Positions 61,016 through 64,000 of a stretch of 64,000 nucleotides of DNA are shown piece by piece. Each line of letters starts with the position of its first letter. Position 1 is the stretch's first letter. The notes below the pieces were generated by a model. It did no database searches. It was not told where the DNA came from and worked only from the letters and a program-made list of their open reading frames with translations. The position numbers were made by a program, and so were the translations under genes. The stretch comes from a bacterium (GTDB lineage: Bacteria; UBA8248), in NCBI GenBank assembly GCA_965219955.1, contig OZ244799.1, positions 1,728,001 through 1,792,000 of the forward strand. Reading direction: 5' to 3'.

Positions 61016-62041
61016 ATGGGAGGAGTCTACATCATCGGGGTCGACTTGGCGAAACACAGTTTTCAACTCCACGGCGCGTGGGCGGACGGGCGGGTCGCGT
61101 TCCGCAAGAAGCTGACGCGGGCGAAGGTGCTGGAGTTTCTGTCGTCGCAGCCTCGATGCGTGGTGGCGATGGAGGCGTGCGCGAGCGCGCACTACTGGGG
61201 GCGCGAGGTCGGCAAGCTCGGCCATGAGGTTCGGCTCATGCCGCCGGTCTACGTGAAGCCCTACGTGAAGCGCCACAAGAACGACGCGGCGGATGCGGAG
61301 GCCATTTGCGAGGCGGCCACCCGGGCGACGATGCGCTTCGTGGCGGTGAAGAGCGAAGCGCAGCAGGGGTGTGGGATGGAGTACCGCACGCGGGATTTGC
61401 TGGTGGGTCAGCGCACGCAGGCGCGCAACGCGCTGCGCAGCCACCTGGCGGAGTTCGGGGTCGTCGAGCGGCAAGGGCCCGTGGGCCTCACACGGCTGGC
61501 GGCGGCGGTTCGGGGAGCGGAATCGGGCCTGCCCGAGGAGGTCCGCGAGTTGGGCGGGATTCTGCTCGCCCAGATTGGCGGCCTCGATGCGAAGGTCCGG
61601 GAGTTGACCGGACGGCTCCGGGCGAGCGCATACGCGGACGAGGAGGCGCGGCGTCTGATGAGCATCCCGGGTGTTGGTCCGATTACGGCGTCGGCGATCC
61701 GGGCGTTCGCGCCGCCGGTGGAGAACTTCCGTCGGGGCCGTGACTTCTCGGCCTGGCTGGGTCTGGTTCCCCGGCAGCACTCCACGGGGGGCAAGCCCCG
61801 TCTGGGGGGCATGTCGAAGATGGGCCAGCGCGACGTGAGGCGTCTGTTGATATCGGGCGCGATGTCGGAGATACGCTGGGCGGGGCGTCGCCGGAAGCCG
61901 CCGTGTCCGTGGCTGGCGCGGATGCTGGCGCGCAAGCCGAGGAAGGTGGTGGCGGTGGCGCTGGCGAACCGGATGGCGCGCATCGCGTGGGCGCTGATGC
62001 GGAACAAGGATGTCTACAGGGAGCCGGCGCCCCTCGCCTGA
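61016..62041 (+). CDS. IS110 family DEDD transposase/recombinase
   Basis: IGVDLAK, MEAC, KNDAADAEAI, SIPGVGPITA, WLGLVPRQHSTGGK, VALANRMARIAW. Confidence 0.96.
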   Translation: MGGVYIIGVDLAKHSFQLHGAWADGRVAFRKKLTRAKVLEFLSSQPRCVVAMEACASAHYWGREVGKLGHEVRLMPPVYVKPYVKRHKNDAADAEAICEAATRATMRFVAVKSEAQQGCGMEYRTRDLLVGQRTQARNALRSHLAEFGVVERQGPVGLTRLAAAVRGAESGLPEEVRELGGILLAQIGGLDAKVRELTGRLRASAYADEEARRLMSIPGVGPITASAIRAFAPPVENFRRGRDFSAWLGLVPRQHSTGGKPRLGGMSKMGQRDVRRLLISGAMSEIRWAGRRRKPPCPWLARMLARKPRKVVAVALANRMARIAWALMRNKDVYREPAPLA

Positions 62042-62099
62042 GCGGCGGGCGCACGGATAGAGCCGGGAGGAATGTGAGCAGGCCGGAGGAAGGGTAAGG

Positions 62100-62260
62100 G
62101 CAAACGGTCATCGAGACGGGACCGGGAAAACCAGATATATGTCCAGAGCCACCGAGCTCACCAGGTCGATTTGGACCCGGTCCACCTATCTCCATACGGG
62201 CCCGCGGCCAGAGTAAAGCGCCGCAACGAAGAGGCCGGATATACGACTGAGCCGAACCGC
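62100..62260 (+). ncRNA. Putative IS1111 bridge/seek RNA region (boundaries approximate)
   Basis: Contains ATATATGTCC and AGGTCG matching the target flanks and ATATACG matching the element's right end. Confidence 0.65.
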
Positions 62261-62635
62261 TTTGCGCCGAACCCTCCCCAAAAACCGCTTGCATTCTCGT
62301 GGGCGTCCATATACGGACATATATGTCCGACGTATACGCGACCCTGCCTTTTCGCCTTCCAGCGACGGGCCGCATATATGCGGCCCCTACAATCAATTCC
62401 ACCCGGTGAGGAAGGGATTGCCGGAATGACGGTGAACAATCTCGATTGGGGGCAAGAACCCCTTAGGGGGACTTTTTCAACAGCCCCCGTCGCATCCCGT
62501 TCGCAGTGCAAGCCGATGCGTTGCCCGCCGCTTCGGCTTCATACATAATGCGCGCATTGCATACGCTTCCCATACGAACCGACCACCCAGGATGGAGATC
62601 GTTTCTTTATCTTCGTGTAAAAGGAGACCTCCGAG

Positions 62636-63355
62636 ATGGAATTGATCGATCTGAGCATGGAAATATACCGGGACATGCCGATTTACCCGGACCTGCCCGG
62701 CCCCTCCCTCACCGTCGATGAAGACTGGGACACCGTGGCAAGGCGGACGGGCTCCATCAACTATGGCGCCCCCATCGTGACGAACCACTGCGTCATCTTC
62801 ATGAGCGACCATACGGGCACGCACATCGACTCCCCCTGGCACAACAACCCCGATGGCTTCACGACCGAGCGCATCCCCCTCGAATGGTGCATGTCGGACG
62901 GCGTCGTCCTCGACTTCACCGACAAGGAGTCGGGTTACGCCATCACGGCGGCGGACCTGGAAGGCGCGCTCCAGAAGATCGACTATTCTCTTAAACCGCT
63001 CGACATCGTGCTCATCCGCACCGACGCGAGCGTGGACTGGCAGACGAACCCCGACTACACGATGAACCAGCCCGGCATGAGCGCGGAGGCGACCCACTAC
63101 CTCATCGACAACGGCATCCGCGTGATGGGGATCGACGCGAGCGGCTGGGACGTGCCGATCTGGAAGATGCACGAGACGCGCAGCTACTGGGAGGCCCACC
63201 GGGTCATGCTGGAGAAGGACTACTGCCACATCGAGAACATGATCAACCTGAACCTGATCCCCAAGTCCCACGGGTTCAAGCTCTCGGTGCTGCCCATCAA
63301 GTTCCGCGGCATGTCGGGCTCCCCCATTCGCGCGGTGGCGATCATCGACGACTAG
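62636..63355 (+). CDS. Cyclase family (kynurenine formamidase-like) metal hydrolase
   Basis: LIDLS, HTGTHIDSPWH, DIVLIRT, GID, HIENM, GSPIRAVA. Confidence 0.92.
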   Translation: MELIDLSMEIYRDMPIYPDLPGPSLTVDEDWDTVARRTGSINYGAPIVTNHCVIFMSDHTGTHIDSPWHNNPDGFTTERIPLEWCMSDGVVLDFTDKESGYAITAADLEGALQKIDYSLKPLDIVLIRTDASVDWQTNPDYTMNQPGMSAEATHYLIDNGIRVMGIDASGWDVPIWKMHETRSYWEAHRVMLEKDYCHIENMINLNLIPKSHGFKLSVLPIKFRGMSGSPIRAVAIIDD

Positions 63356-63373
63356 CTCCGGGGGACGAGTGAA

Positions 63374-64000
63374 ATGGCGCTGGCCGTCCGCGTCTTAAGC
63401 GGCGCGTACCACGATTCGGTGAAGCTCATGCGCATCAGCGCCGCCGCCTCGGAGAAGATTCACATCAGGCAAGCGGCGGCCTTGATGGCCACGCCGATGA
63501 ACCTGGAGCAACTCGCAGCGAGCGGCCTGTTGGCGGAAGAAGCGAAAGGCGCCGGCCCGAACGACCTCGTCCTCGTCGTGGATGCGGATGACCAAAGCGC
63601 AGCGCAAGAAGAATTGGCCGCCATGGAAGCGGCGCTCACCGCCCCCCGCACGGGCGGCGGTGGAGCGGGCGCGCTCGCGAACCTCACGGCACCCACTTTG
63701 GACGCCGCCCTCGGCGCAGACCCCCTCATCAACCTCGCCCTTTTCTCGATTCCCGGCCCGAGCGTGCGCCGCGAGGCCGAACGCGCACTCGGTAAAGGCC
63801 TCCACTGCCTCATCTTCAGCGACAACGTATCGGTGGAAGACGAGGCGGCGCTCAAGCAGATGGGGCGCGAGCGGGGGCTGCTCGTCATGGGTCCCGACTG
63901 CGGCACGGCGCACATCGGCGGCGTGGGCTTAGGTTTTTGCAACGTCATGAGGGCCGGCGGAATCGGTATCGTCGGCGCCGCCGGAACCGGGATTCAGGAG
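63374..64000 (+). CDS. fdrA: FdrA-like acyl-CoA synthetase (runs off right edge)
   Basis: Manual translation MALAVRVLSGAYHDSVKLMRIS...MATPMN...NLALFSIPG...IFSDNV...LVMGPDCGTA...IGIVGAAGTGIQE. Confidence 0.9.
   Translation, partial: MALAVRVLSGAYHDSVKLMRISAAASEKIHIRQAAALMATPMNLEQLAASGLLAEEAKGAGPNDLVLVVDADDQSAAQEELAAMEAALTAPRTGGGGAGALANLTAPTLDAALGADPLINLALFSIPGPSVRREAERALGKGLHCLIFSDNVSVEDEAALKQMGRERGLLVMGPDCGTAHIGGVGLGFCNVMRAGGIGIVGAAGTGIQE

Larger units (their letters stand above)
60941..62315 (+). mobile_element. IS110 family (IS1111 group) element inserted in a REP
   Basis: Sub-terminal IRs TGGACGCC (60947-60954) / GGCGTCCA (62302-62309); CG core at both junctions; long 3' non-coding end. 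Confidence 0.88.

Noticed and set aside
335-63948. Numerous long antisense or overlapping ORFs in the track (e.g. 6328-8124 +, 38975-40450 -, 52396-53877 +)
   Set aside because: Shadow ORFs expected in high-GC DNA opposite well-supported genes.

Overview
GC-rich bacterial chromosomal window. Left to right it carries: a pyrimidine operon (pyrR-pyrB-pyrC-carA-carB, minus strand) under a PyrR attenuator; S4/Hsp15, two PPIases, mfd and rodZ; a DAHP synthase preceded by a Tyr/Phe-rich leader peptide and terminator; an operon of two acyl-CoA dehydrogenases, a UGSC-motif selenoprotein (in-frame TGA plus SECIS-like hairpin) and its partner; a ridA-yqeB-AAA(CbbQ/NorQ type)-VWA-yqeC-xdhC cluster; comF, a low-GC orphan, pdxA, ComD/ComE-like TPP enzymes, HAD, two quinone reductases, a CCA enzyme and a second pyrR. 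The right half has two TbpB-like surface lipoproteins preceded by four 61-62 nt hairpin repeats that copy the first gene's own ribosome-binding region, and a cyanuric-acid-hydrolase cluster (carbamate kinase, AtzD-family hydrolase, BMP-type ABC transporter, cyclase, FdrA). That cluster is interrupted by IS1380 and IS1182 sharing one TTAG target, and by an IS1111-type element inserted in a REP. Intergenic space is crowded with nested REP/MITE-like repeats. All calls come from reading motifs by eye; no database search was run.
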